Part shown: one piece after another, positions 9,615-20,100 of the stretch
Layout: the number at the start of each line of letters is the position of its first letter
Position numbering within the stretch: the stretch's first letter is position 1
Assembly: GCA_021814005.1 (NCBI GenBank)
Contig: JAKAJC010000004.1
Location: forward strand, 230 to 64,229
Direction of reading: 5' to 3'
DNA length: 64,000 nt
Origin: Candidatus Micrarchaeota archaeon
Lineage (GTDB): Archaea > Micrarchaeota > Micrarchaeia > Anstonellales > Anstonellaceae
Notes under the pieces: model-generated
What the model saw: only the letters and a program-made list of their open reading frames with translations
What the model was told of the DNA's origin: nothing
The model's database searches: none
Program-made: the position numbers and the translations under genes

Positions 9615-9623
9615 TTTTATAAA
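9615..9623 (+). promoter_or_regulatory. TATA box (TTTTATAAA) centred about 27 nt upstream of the G1 ATG, predicting a leaderless transcript
   Basis: AT-rich box in a divergent intergenic region shared with psmA. The spacing matches the archaeal TATA-to-TSS distance. Confidence 0.45.
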
Positions 9624-9645
9624 CGATATCAGTGTTGCATCGTCA

Positions 9646-12600
9646 ATGTCCCGCTCTAGGCCGCCTTCATATGCAGTATATGGCATAGCCCTCATTCTCA
9701 CCCTCTCATTCCTGCTTATTCTCATTCCGCCAGCGTCTGCCGGCGCAATCTGCTACGACTCGGCCAACACGACATATGTGCAGCTCAATTCAGACTGCAA
9801 CGCGCCGGGCCAGTTCTGCAATGTCGAGGCCTATGTCTACACCATGGTTTCGGCCCCGGGAGCCACCACTCCCAAATCGGAAGGAGTCAGCGGCGGGCTG
9901 GTAATCCTCAGCTGGGGGCAGGGCACAAGCAGGGCCTGCAAAATGGTCACCGGCTCCGACGGCAAGAACACGGCCAAACTGTCAGGCCCGAACTACCCTC
10001 CCGGCGCAACCTGCTGGAACGTGCGCGCAGTCTTCTGCCCGTTCACAAAAGACAACACAATAGAAAGCGGGCAGACCACGATGGCCGCCTGCGCCGGCCT
10101 GGTCGACGACGCCGGCAAATCCATCACTCGCATTGACTGGAATCAGGCGAGTCAGCTGCCAGACTGCGCCGCGCCTGCGCATGCGGTGAACAATTCAGCG
10201 ATGAATCAGGACCTCTCGCCATTTTTCCGCCCCTCGCAGGACTCGACAATGATATGCAACAGCGGCCCTTCTGCGGGGCAGGTGTCATTCTGCTGGGGCC
10301 TGGCCCTGGTGTTCGGGCTTCTCTTCTCGGCCTCTTTCCTCTCGGGCCGCAACCCGCTGATGTTCTTTGATTTCGGGGTGGCGCGCGGCGTGCGCATGAA
10401 CCGCGCGGCCGGCATATACACTCCAATCACCCAGAACGTGTCCATCAACCCGGTTGCCATTCTGCAGGCAATCGACAAGGCCGGCAGCATGGCTTCGACC
10501 GCGGTCGGCTCAGGCAGCAAGGACGACGAATACAACAAGAACTCGGACGGCACGGAAAAAAGCTTTGGCCAGAAGATGGATGCCGCCGGCCGGAAAGGAT
10601 TTATCACAAACGCGGTCGGCAAGACAATCAACGGCCTGTCGGACAGCTTGTTCGGCAAACTGACCGGCCAGTCGAGCGACGACTTGACCAAATCGCGGAA
10701 CGCGGCCTCGAAAGGTTTCACCTTGTCCAATGCGCTCAATTCGGTCGGGCAGAGGGCCATGGAAGGAATGGTGCTCGGCGCGCTCGGCACCCTGGCGGGC
10801 GGCAAGTTCGGCAAAATCGCGCTCGCCCACACTGGCAAGGAAGTTGCCAGCCAGATGTCGAAGGCGGCCGGTCACGGCATAGCGAGCGGGCTGGAAGCCG
10901 TCACTCCCAACGCCGACCTGGCCAAGAATGAAGGCAACAAAGGCCTTAGCGACAAAGACAGGGCCGAGCAGCTGAAAGTGCAGATTGCAGCCGCGCTTGA
11001 CAAGGATGTAAGCCTCTTCAACGTCGTGTCCGACGGCCGCGGCGGTTATTCAGTCAAGATGGGCGACGTGGTGGTCGGCGGCGTCACCCGGCCGAACGGC
11101 GCTGACGGGCCGCCGCTCTGCACATTCAACGACATCAGCTCCACGGGGCTGAGAGTGTCCAACGTGCTCCAAAATCTTGCCTTCGGCTCCAGCGCCGTGA
11201 CCTGGGTAATCCTCGATCCAGGCAAAGGTGTTGTAAAGGGGGCGGATGGCAAGTGGGCGCTTGCCGACCCCAATAACAACGGCATAACCGGGGCTTCCAA
11301 CATTTTCAACCGCGAGCAGATGATTGTTTCGGCTTCCAGCGGAGGCGTGAGAATACAGCTTCCCAACGGCCAGTGGGTGTCGATGAGCGGCAGCAGCGCC
11401 TTCTCCGACCATGTCGCCACCATACTGGATTCTATCGGGCTTTTCGTTCAGGGGCAACTCAACATCTTGGATTTGCTCAAGTCCATACTTTCGCCGGTGC
11501 TGTCCGTCGGGACGGTGGCCTCCAACGCCTTTGCCGCCCAGAACCACCCGACTGTGCAGGACGCAACCCGCATTATAGAGTTCAACAACCAGAATATTTT
11601 CATCAAGTCAAGCGGCGTCTATGAAAAAGACGAAACCACCGGCGAACTCAAGCCAATCGGCACCTATGACGTGAAAACAGAAACAATCAAATTCACCAAC
11701 GACATCCATGACCCCAAAAATCCGGCAAGCGAATCTTATCTGGAGGCCGGCGCCACCTACAAGCTCTCGCCCGACGGCACCATGACACTGGTGGACAAAG
11801 CGCATCCGCCAAAAGCACTTCCGGTTGTCATCACCACTGCCGCCAAAACCTCTGTAATCACAATAGATTCAGACAGCAACATCAAGAGCAAGGGGCTTGA
11901 CGGCGAAAAGGTCGCGCCGCCGGCCGCGCCGGCCGAAAAGGTCAATGTCGCGGTCAAACTCGCGAACGTGAACGGCGGCGGGGAGGAGAAGCTCGATTTC
12001 ACAATCACCCCGATGACATCAGACCACTCCGGCACGCGCGAGCTTGTCACCCTCTCGCACTTTGACCCGGTCGCGAAAGTCAACCTCCAGGTAATCGCCG
12101 AAGTGGACAACACCAAGAAGCCGACCGATACCGACTATATCGTGGGCGTGAAAGCCATTGTCAACCGCGCGCCTGAGACCGGCGGCCATGTTGTGGTCGG
12201 AGAGGTGCTGAGCATCGGTGACAGAAACGGCACGCCGTTGAAAGACGGCAAGTTCACATTTGACAACAACACATATGGCATCGGAAGCGCCACACTCTCA
12301 AGCGATGTCAAGATTGAACTCAAGTCCCCCGCCACTCAGACTGCGCCGGTGAAAGAGATATCAATCTCACCCACTACTCCGCCCGAAAAGATGACCGTTA
12401 TTCCGCTTGGCGCAACAGCCACGAGCGGTGATCCCGACGCCAAACTTGTGCTGGCCACCACGCTTAACACCAATACCCAGTACGTGATGGACAACACAAA
12501 CGAGGCCAATCCGAAAGTGCTGGCAGTAATCAAACGCGACGAGGACGGGCACGCGACAGCATACAAACCGAATGCCGACGGCACGGCCAGCTCGACCGAA

Positions 12601-13956
12601 ATCGACAAATTCGTTTTCCACGGCACGCAGCATGAAGTCGACATCACGACCAGGCACTATCCTCTCGGCAGCGAGCCGAGCACTGTTGTCATCTCCGACA
12701 CGCGCGTGGTGGACGGCGCAAGCGGCGACGCGTGGAAGGCGCAGCAAACCCTGCCCAGCGGCGAAAAGGTCATCTCATTCAACGGCACCACCTGCACTGT
12801 GCGCGAAACCGAAGTGGCATATGGCGCGGGTTCCAAGCCAGAAATGGTGGTATATGACGGCGGCCTGCCGGTCGGCACGGCTCAGTTCGATGACAAAGGC
12901 CATCTTCAAAGCGTGACAATAGACTACGACAATCAGGGCAGGAAGCTCTACGACCTGCCGCCCGTCGGTCCCAACCCCCCGTCAGTGCCTATTGCAGTGT
13001 TTGGCGACTATGCGCCCGGCACCGTGGTAAAGGCCAGCGGGCCGGAGGGCAAGGACCCCGAGCTCACAGAATATCTCAATTCTTCGCAAATGAACCGCCA
13101 CATGGTATTCGACGCAATCGGCGCGCAACTGGCCTCGGGCATAGACAGATTCGCCTCAGGCATGGACTACTTCGGCCTGTTCGGCAAGAAATTCTCTCCA
13201 GAAGGCGGCATGCAGTGGCTCACTGCATCGCTTTACAGCGAATATGTGAAATCTCCCATCGAAACAGCGCAACCTGGCCGGGGCTTTGACAGCATCAGGC
13301 GGGACGAGCTTAGGGAACTTTACGAAAAGTCGGGCGCAGAAGACTATGACGCCATGCGCCGTGAGGCAGAAGAGAAAAAGCAGCAGGAAGTTACGAAGTG
13401 GGTTCAGGATGTTGACAAGTTCAACAAGAGCGGCGCTGCCGGCCCTACTCCGCCCATGCCAGAGCCGCTGGAAAGAACCATGCCCTCGCGCTATGTCGAT
13501 TATCTGGTCAAACAGGTGGACGCTGGCATTGCCCCCGTCCTTTCCGCCCCGTTCACGGAAGGAATTCCCTATCGCGTTCAGGACAAAGAGGCGCGGCATG
13601 AGTCAGTTCTTTTCAAAAACCAGGCGGAGTTCGACGAGCTCAACTCAAACAATGACCCGAACAAGTATGCGATGAAAATAATCGAAAAAATAAATGCATA
13701 TGAAAACGACCTGCTCAAGCGCGTGAACAGCAGCGCGCAGAGCGGCGACCCCAACTACAAGCCGTTCACCAACTTGGGCGAGGCGCTCCTCGCTCACAGT
13801 TTCGCCACAACCGAGGACCCGAACATTGTCAAGCCCACGTGGGCCAAGAATCTTGACCCAGACCTTGTGAACGAGATGAGCAATTACATGAAAGTCTCAT
13901 CGTCTGTCAAGAAACTCGACAACCTGACGAAATACTATGAAAAGCAGGGCCAATGA
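9646..13956 (+). CDS. Giant membrane protein G1 (1437 aa). It has an N-terminal signal-anchor, a roughly 220-aa Cys-containing extracytoplasmic loop, a second TM, and then a roughly 1180-aa hydrophilic domain of unknown function.
   Basis: Start taken at the Met of MSRSRPPSYAVYGIALILTLSFLLILIPPASAGA. The second TM is VSFCWGLALVFGLLFSASFL. It is the first gene of a same-strand, tightly packed cluster. Confidence 0.7.
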   Translation: MSRSRPPSYAVYGIALILTLSFLLILIPPASAGAICYDSANTTYVQLNSDCNAPGQFCNVEAYVYTMVSAPGATTPKSEGVSGGLVILSWGQGTSRACKMVTGSDGKNTAKLSGPNYPPGATCWNVRAVFCPFTKDNTIESGQTTMAACAGLVDDAGKSITRIDWNQASQLPDCAAPAHAVNNSAMNQDLSPFFRPSQDSTMICNSGPSAGQVSFCWGLALVFGLLFSASFLSGRNPLMFFDFGVARGVRMNRAAGIYTPITQNVSINPVAILQAIDKAGSMASTAVGSGSKDDEYNKNSDGTEKSFGQKMDAAGRKGFITNAVGKTINGLSDSLFGKLTGQSSDDLTKSRNAASKGFTLSNALNSVGQRAMEGMVLGALGTLAGGKFGKIALAHTGKEVASQMSKAAGHGIASGLEAVTPNADLAKNEGNKGLSDKDRAEQLKVQIAAALDKDVSLFNVVSDGRGGYSVKMGDVVVGGVTRPNGADGPPLCTFNDISSTGLRVSNVLQNLAFGSSAVTWVILDPGKGVVKGADGKWALADPNNNGITGASNIFNREQMIVSASSGGVRIQLPNGQWVSMSGSSAFSDHVATILDSIGLFVQGQLNILDLLKSILSPVLSVGTVASNAFAAQNHPTVQDATRIIEFNNQNIFIKSSGVYEKDETTGELKPIGTYDVKTETIKFTNDIHDPKNPASESYLEAGATYKLSPDGTMTLVDKAHPPKALPVVITTAAKTSVITIDSDSNIKSKGLDGEKVAPPAAPAEKVNVAVKLANVNGGGEEKLDFTITPMTSDHSGTRELVTLSHFDPVAKVNLQVIAEVDNTKKPTDTDYIVGVKAIVNRAPETGGHVVVGEVLSIGDRNGTPLKDGKFTFDNNTYGIGSATLSSDVKIELKSPATQTAPVKEISISPTTPPEKMTVIPLGATATSGDPDAKLVLATTLNTNTQYVMDNTNEANPKVLAVIKRDEDGHATAYKPNADGTASSTEIDKFVFHGTQHEVDITTRHYPLGSEPSTVVISDTRVVDGASGDAWKAQQTLPSGEKVISFNGTTCTVRETEVAYGAGSKPEMVVYDGGLPVGTAQFDDKGHLQSVTIDYDNQGRKLYDLPPVGPNPPSVPIAVFGDYAPGTVVKASGPEGKDPELTEYLNSSQMNRHMVFDAIGAQLASGIDRFASGMDYFGLFGKKFSPEGGMQWLTASLYSEYVKSPIETAQPGRGFDSIRRDELRELYEKSGAEDYDAMRREAEEKKQQEVTKWVQDVDKFNKSGAAGPTPPMPEPLERTMPSRYVDYLVKQVDAGIAPVLSAPFTEGIPYRVQDKEARHESVLFKNQAEFDELNSNNDPNKYAMKIIEKINAYENDLLKRVNSSAQSGDPNYKPFTNLGEALLAHSFATTEDPNIVKPTWAKNLDPDLVNEMSNYMKVSSSVKKLDNLTKYYEKQGQ

Positions 13957-14000
13957 TGAAGCGAACAGATGAGAAAAACAAATGATGAAGCGAACAAATG
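13952..14000 (+). repeat. Two 20-bp direct repeats (aatgatgaagcgaacaRatg, one mismatch), the first overlapping the G1 stop codon. They lie upstream of a TATA-like AAATTTATTG at 14011-14020 and of the G2 ATG at 14033.
   Basis: Read directly from the sequence. The geometry fits transcription-factor sites upstream of an internal leaderless promoter. Confidence 0.5.
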
Positions 14001-14032
14001 GGATTTGCAAAAATTTATTGAAGTGATTTGAA

Positions 14033-14971
14033 ATGGCAGACGAACTCGAACCGCCCGTCAACCGCCTCGGCATGAGCGCGGCGGAATTCAGCGAACTGGC
14101 GATGCGCCTGCGCGCGAAGCAGCCGCAGCTGCGCGCCATTGCCCAGCGCCTGCTGGCCGCGCGGGTCGTTATCAATTCAGTCGAGGAGCCGCTGCGCGAC
14201 GCCACAAGCAAACTGCTGGAGGCCGGGGAAATCCCGCCGGCAAAACTCAAAGACCAGTTCCTGTCCATGCGCCGCGTCAAGGAGGATGCAGAGCGCACTG
14301 CCGACTTCTACAAAGCGGCCGGCAACGCCCTCTCGTCGCTCTTTCTCTCCCCGCTGCCGCAGCAAAAGCATGCGGACGCGGCCGGCAAGAGAATGATTGA
14401 GCTTGGAGACGAATGGGAAAAATGCCGCTCAACAAATAGGCCCCGCGCCGATTACATCCGCCTGCTGCTCCGCGATTTGAGTTACACGATATTCTCCCTG
14501 CCCCTCACCCCGCCCGCCGACGGCATGGGCGCGGACCAGCGGCGCGAACTGCTGATGAGCGAAGCGATGGGGCGCGCAAAAGTCCAGACTCTTCAAACGC
14601 AAATTCCATTCGACACCGGCAACGGCATCATCTACCGCTCGCTGGAGCAGGCGCAGGCCGAAGCCGCGCAGCAAGCCGGACAAAAACTGGCGCCAATGCC
14701 GGGCCAGCCTTCGCGCCGCCCGTTGTCGGCCGTGGTCTATTCCCCTCCTCCGTCCATCGCCTCCGCTCCCCGCTCCAGAGCAAGCGGCGCCGGCATAAAG
14801 CCGGACCGCGCGGAGATGGTGCGGCAGATGGCGGTGCAATCGGCCCGCACGCGGCGCATCACTCCCGCGATAAGGCCGATTCCCCCCGCCGGAAAAACAA
14901 AATCATCCAAATCAAAATCTTCAGCGCGAAAACCAGCGGCAAAGAAAAAGAAACCAGAGCGGGGTGCCTGA
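14033..14971 (+). CDS. Hypothetical soluble protein G2 (312 aa) with a Lys/Ser-rich basic C-terminal tail
   Basis: No TM segments. The C-terminus is KTKSSKSKSSARKPAAKKKKPERGA. It lies 3 nt upstream of the first membrane-module gene. Confidence 0.6.
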   Translation: MADELEPPVNRLGMSAAEFSELAMRLRAKQPQLRAIAQRLLAARVVINSVEEPLRDATSKLLEAGEIPPAKLKDQFLSMRRVKEDAERTADFYKAAGNALSSLFLSPLPQQKHADAAGKRMIELGDEWEKCRSTNRPRADYIRLLLRDLSYTIFSLPLTPPADGMGADQRRELLMSEAMGRAKVQTLQTQIPFDTGNGIIYRSLEQAQAEAAQQAGQKLAPMPGQPSRRPLSAVVYSPPPSIASAPRSRASGAGIKPDRAEMVRQMAVQSARTRRITPAIRPIPPAGKTKSSKSKSSARKPAAKKKKPERGA

Positions 14972-14974
14972 GCA

Positions 14975-16141
14975 ATGGTCGATTTTCTGGTGGCTGTCCC
15001 ATACGGCATAGCCATCGGCACCGGAATCGTCGCATTCGCCTACATGATAGGCTCGCTTCTGCAGTCGGACGCCATGAAATCGTGGAGCCGCCTTGAGCTT
15101 GGAGAGCTTGTGGTCTCGGCCATTCTTGTGGTGCTGGTTGCCGAGGCGCTCAGTCCGGCGGGGCAGGCCGGCATCATCAAGGCCTTCACCGGCGTGTCGA
15201 TGGGAATAGACGAGCTGCAGTCGAGGATGTATGTCTACATGGAGCTGCCGCTGGAAAAAGTGACAGAAGCCGTCGCAATAAGCAGCATGCATCTCAGCCG
15301 CATCATTTCCTACAATTACAACTACCAGCTGCCAATTCCCTACTTTTCGCCCACCGGCTCATCCAGCCCGGGCGCGGGAGCGGGGCCGCTGCAACTGTCG
15401 GTAATGATTGGCATGGATTCCACCGCTCTCAATCTCATGCTGGTCCATGCGGTCAAGCTGGTGTTTGTCTTCCTGATTTTCCTGCTGGGCACGTTCTTCA
15501 TGCCGCTCGGCATCATCCTGCGCTTCATCCCGCCTTTGCGGAAAATCGGAAGCATGCTGCTGGGCACGGGCCTGGCCGTCTATCTGGTGTTTCCCATCGC
15601 CATCTTCTGGGGCACGTCACTGCTGGCATTTTCGGTGAGCCCGCCCGATTACGACGCTGGCCGCCTGGTGCAGGACCCCGGCCGGCCTCCAACTTCCGGA
15701 TTCGTGTGCAGCACCGTCACGTCCGCCCTCTACAGCGCGGGCGAGCAGATTCCCGCATGGATAATCGGCGGAATAGTCTGCATCCCGACAATCATCACCG
15801 GCGGATACGTGGCCTGCGTCGGCACGCCCGGCTCGCCTCCGACATACGGGGGCGGAGTTGCCGGCATCGTTGCATACCTGATGTGGCTGTTCCAGTACGG
15901 CTTCCCCATCGCCACAACACAGTCGCTCAAGAGCGCGGGCGACACGCTGACGCCGGACTTCGTCTCCTCCGGCGTGTACCAGCCCATGGTGGGCTACCTT
16001 CTTCCATTGGCGGTGGTGCGAAATCTTGCGGTTCTTTTCATCGTAATCCTCGCGCTGGCGGCAACAATAATCCTGGCGCGCCAGTTCGCGCAGGTGCTGG
16101 GCGCGGAAGGGCAGTTCTACGGGCTGACAAAACTGGTGTAA
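14975..16141 (+). CDS. Polytopic membrane protein, paralogous module family member M1 (388 aa)
   Basis: Shares three motifs with five neighbours. The TM1 end is AYMIG, followed by KSWSRLEL. The central motif is FMPLGIILRFIPPLRKIGSMLLGTGLAVYLVFP. The C-terminal motif is YLLPLAVVRNL...LGAEGQFYGLTKLV. Confidence 0.7.
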   Translation: MVDFLVAVPYGIAIGTGIVAFAYMIGSLLQSDAMKSWSRLELGELVVSAILVVLVAEALSPAGQAGIIKAFTGVSMGIDELQSRMYVYMELPLEKVTEAVAISSMHLSRIISYNYNYQLPIPYFSPTGSSSPGAGAGPLQLSVMIGMDSTALNLMLVHAVKLVFVFLIFLLGTFFMPLGIILRFIPPLRKIGSMLLGTGLAVYLVFPIAIFWGTSLLAFSVSPPDYDAGRLVQDPGRPPTSGFVCSTVTSALYSAGEQIPAWIIGGIVCIPTIITGGYVACVGTPGSPPTYGGGVAGIVAYLMWLFQYGFPIATTQSLKSAGDTLTPDFVSSGVYQPMVGYLLPLAVVRNLAVLFIVILALAATIILARQFAQVLGAEGQFYGLTKLV

Positions 16142-16144
16142 TGG

Positions 16145-17197
16145 ATGGAAAACACGGCAGGAAAAATCGGTTCGGTTTCCCGTTTCGGGTTCGCCCCACT
16201 CGCAGTCCTCTCCCTGCTGTTTCTAGTCTCATCCTCTTCGGCCATCTTCGAGCCGCAGCTCTCGTGCTTCAACCAGACCTACAACATGGTGTATGATTTC
16301 GGCTCGCCAATCATCGCCGTCATTTTCATCATGGGCGTGCTCATCGCGATTGCGTACATGCTCGCGCAGCTTTTGGAAAAACCCGAGCTGTCGGTGTGGG
16401 CCAAGAGCGAAATAGTCACCCTGGGCTTTTCCATCCTTCTCATCGGCGCGGTGGTGGGCACGTTCGGACTTTCCTGCACAATCTCGAACTCGATGGTGTT
16501 TTCCGACTCGCGCGAATTCGCCAACAGCAGCGTGGTGGGGTCCGGCGCGCCGGCCAACGTTTTCACCAGCCCCGCGCAGAGGGCGGTGCAATATATCGAC
16601 AAGCTCACGCAGACCTACGGCCTGCGCCTCGCATCCGACCTCACCCGCCAGGCGGTGAACGACCAGCTCGGCGCGGTGGCATACGCGTACTGGTCCGTGC
16701 CGGTGCTTGACGGCGGCGGGCTTGCATACAAAGCCAACCAGCGCGCATGGGCGGCGCAGAAAGACATTCTCATCGACCTCTACATGCCGATGATGATTTC
16801 GCTGCAGGTGCAGAAATTCATGCTCAACCTGGCCATGGTCGGCGTGCTGAACATTCTTCTGCCGGCCGCGCTGCTTTTGCGCACGTTCTTCTTTTCGCGC
16901 GACATCGGCAACCTGCTCATCGCGCTCTCGTTTGCAATCTTCTTTGCCCTGCCGGTAGTCTATTCGTTCGGCTTCGAGGCGTCGGCAAATCTGCAGAAAC
17001 AGCTCTGTCCGTCGGGCTGCGACCCGCTCAATCCGTTCGGGCAGCTGAACATAGTCAAGGACCGCGTGGTTGGCGACAGCTATGCGAGAATCGGCTTCAT
17101 CTCCACACAAGCGATTTTAATCCCTAATCTCGCGCTGGTTGTGATGATAACCATGACCATGGCCCTAAACAAGGCCTTGAGAGGGTTCACAGGATGA
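16145..17197 (+). CDS. Polytopic membrane protein, paralogous module family member M2 (350 aa)
   Basis: The motifs are AYMLAQLLEKPELSVWAKSEI, LLPAALLLRTFFFSRDIGNLLIALSFAIFFALP and a C-terminal ILIPNLALVV...LRGFTG. It overlaps G5 by 4 nt (ATGA). Confidence 0.7.
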   Translation: MENTAGKIGSVSRFGFAPLAVLSLLFLVSSSSAIFEPQLSCFNQTYNMVYDFGSPIIAVIFIMGVLIAIAYMLAQLLEKPELSVWAKSEIVTLGFSILLIGAVVGTFGLSCTISNSMVFSDSREFANSSVVGSGAPANVFTSPAQRAVQYIDKLTQTYGLRLASDLTRQAVNDQLGAVAYAYWSVPVLDGGGLAYKANQRAWAAQKDILIDLYMPMMISLQVQKFMLNLAMVGVLNILLPAALLLRTFFFSRDIGNLLIALSFAIFFALPVVYSFGFEASANLQKQLCPSGCDPLNPFGQLNIVKDRVVGDSYARIGFISTQAILIPNLALVVMITMTMALNKALRGFTG

Positions 17198-20100
17198 GAA
17201 ATGAAAACGAAAACCCGGCGCGCCGCGAATCCGGCGTTTGCTTTGCGCCAGTCAATACGGCGCCAGCCGGCTTCCTGCCGCTGCACGCGCCGCATGTTTT
17301 CCTCTTCCTCCTCTGCCTTCTCTGTATCTCTCCAATAATTTTCTCCCAAAACACCACAATCCAGCCCGTGCTCACCGCCCAGAACGCGACTTTCGGGTTC
17401 GACAATTACGTGCGGGCAACCCTCGCGGCCGCCGCCCTCATGGCCGCAATCATGGCTCTGGTCTACATGGCAGGCATATTTTTCCAGAGCGAGGATGCCA
17501 AACAGCTGGCGCGCACTGAAATTCTGCAGACTGCTCTCAGCGTGATAATAGTCGCATTTCTTCTGGCCATTCTGCTCGGCGTCGACACCGGCCTTCGCCT
17601 TACCTCGGCCGAAATAGTCTCGCCCTGCGTGGGCCGCACCCTGCCCGCAAGCATCACGTCCGCCACTCTTCTCAACCAGTATGCATTCTGCTATGCGCAG
17701 GGCCTCAACGAAATGGCCATCGCGCAGGGCGACACCACAATCCGCAAGTCTGTCACATTTGCCAAGAAAGCGTATCGCATGGAAGGTTTCCAGACAGATT
17801 TGTGGTGGCTGCTCTACGGCGGCCTGACGCGCCGGCCCGATGCCAACCTGCGCCTTGACTCGGAAATCATGGGACAAGAGTTCACTCTTCTCACGTCATT
17901 CATGGTGAGCCTGCAGGGGCAGCTGGCATTTCTGCAATATATCGTGCCCGCGCTCGCGCCGGCGCTGCTTTTCCTTGGCGTCATCCTCCGCTCGCTTTTC
18001 TTCACCCGCAAACTTGGTGGCATGATGCTGGCAGCGGGAGCCGGATTATTGCTGGTGTGGCCGGCCACCTATCTGCTCTCATGGTTCACATTGCAGGTTG
18101 CGGTGTTCGGGCCGTCGGTGATGGGCGAGGAGCCGGGCTCGACCTGTCCAACCTCATGCAAAATCCTTCCCCCCGCCGGCTACAACATCTCAACAGCAAA
18201 TCCCGATTCATGGGGCAGTCCGCCTGCGGGTTCGCCTTATGCAACCGGCGCAATCAGCGCAAAGCAAATGGCAAGCGCCGGCGGCAGCTCGATTGCGCCT
18301 GACATCGGCGACGAGGCGGCCTGGAAACTGCGGGGCGTCCAGACCTGTTATCCGCAATACAATTACACTGAAGACAAGACAACCGGCACCCGCACATACA
18401 CTCTGCCGGCCGGCTATTCCAGCAGCGTGCCCGTGCAGTCTTCGGACAAGTGCCCCTCGGAGTGCCGCTTCCTTCCCACCCCGACGGATTTGAACTGCGA
18501 CCTGGCCGCCTGTGACAACATACCAATAGCCTGCAAGGCAATCAGGGCCATGAACCTTTCCACCTCGCCCCTGCCGAACCCGCCGGACAACTGCAACTCG
18601 TGCACCAGCTGCCCGGCGTTCTGCCGCACAATTTTGCCGCAGGTGAAATATGCAAACCCCGCAAACCCGGCCGCCGGAGTTGTGCCGACAACGAACGCGA
18701 ATTCATGCTCGGCCAATCCCGGCAATGCAACCCTATGCCCGCTCTACTGCCGCTCCTATTTGCACACGGACGCCAGCAACACGATTTCCTATTCCACTCC
18801 CGACTGCCAGGCCGCATGCCAAGCGACTCTTGACAACAAGAAAGACGCGGCAACGAGCCAGCCCGACTGCATGCTCGGCATTCCGGCCGCCATGATGGAG
18901 TGCAACACCCCCAACGTGTGCGGCCCTGCCATGAACCTTGAGGCTGCCATCGCCTCGGGCCGCACCGACCTCTGCCCGATTGAATGCCGCGTGAATTTCA
19001 ATTCATCTGGCACCGAGGACAGATACAAGGACCCGACATTCAACCAATACTGCACCGGCTCCGGCAAGTTCGGCACCGCGTGCGACACGCAATGCCCGAG
19101 CACGTGCAAGGTGAAAGCAAGCGCCGAGAACGCGGCGCTGCCAAATTCATTCTCGCTGGGCGTGCCCAACTCGTTCATAGTTTCGACCGGCGCAGGCAGT
19201 GTTCTTTGCGCGGCAGCCCCCACTTTCACAAACGGCCAGATGGACTCGAGCGTGAACGGGCAGTGCGCACGCTGCCCGCTCTCATGCCGCCTGCGCAACC
19301 CCTCCTCCATCCTCGACCTTGACAACAACCACAGCACTTACTTCTTCTCGCAGTCGCATTATGCCCTCACCTGCAATTACCGCAACACCACCCCAATCAT
19401 CCTGTACTCCGGCGCGTGCAGAAATTCCACATTCCCGCCCGGCTGGCTTGCGTTCGCTTCCGAAGATCCATCCGGCATTTCGTTGAGCCAAATCGGCCGC
19501 GGCCCGCCGGAATGCGCGCCAACCGCCCGCATTTACCTGCGCATGGATTCGTCAGACCCGCTCTGCCCGCTCTTTCTGGCCCCAATCCCGCCTTACATCA
19601 AGGACGGCACTCTTTCAAACGACCCTTCCAATTCCGCGGTGTCTGCCATCATTCCGCCAAACACCGACGTGTCGGCCGAATGCTCCACTCCCGATGCGCA
19701 GAAATACTGCCTCGGCAAAGACCCGCAGGGCCAGCCCTATTGCGACATTTCCTGCCAGCCAGACCGCGCCGTGAACGGGCCGTTCTACTGCCACTTGACC
19801 GACCTCTACAGCCCGCTCTCCAGCATTCCCGACAACACGCAGCGCTGCGGCGCCTGTTCGAGCCCGGCAGCAGACAATTCCAAGGGGCCGCAATGCCAAG
19901 TCATGCTGACAAGCGGCAGCACCCTCTATCTGCCCAAAGGCTGCGACCCGTCCTGCGCGCCCGGCTCGCTTGACACTGCGACCGGAATAATCCTCAACCC
20001 CGACACAGACCCCAAGTCGAGGGCTTCATGCGGCGGCTTCTGCTATCCGCGCCTGCCCATCCCCTCGTGCAGCGCATATGCCCCCGCCAGCACAACCAAT

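Noticed and set aside
9535-9645. TTG-initiated 5' extension of G1 (MRGREANSVFDFFVF...)
   Set aside because: The extension covers the divergent promoter and its TATA box. The ATG at 9646 directly precedes the signal-anchor and sits 27 nt from the TATA.
16229-17110. 293-aa minus-strand ORF antisense to membrane module M2
   Set aside because: It has Arg/His/Glu-rich low-complexity composition and no start context. The sense-strand gene has conserved motifs shared by five paralogs.
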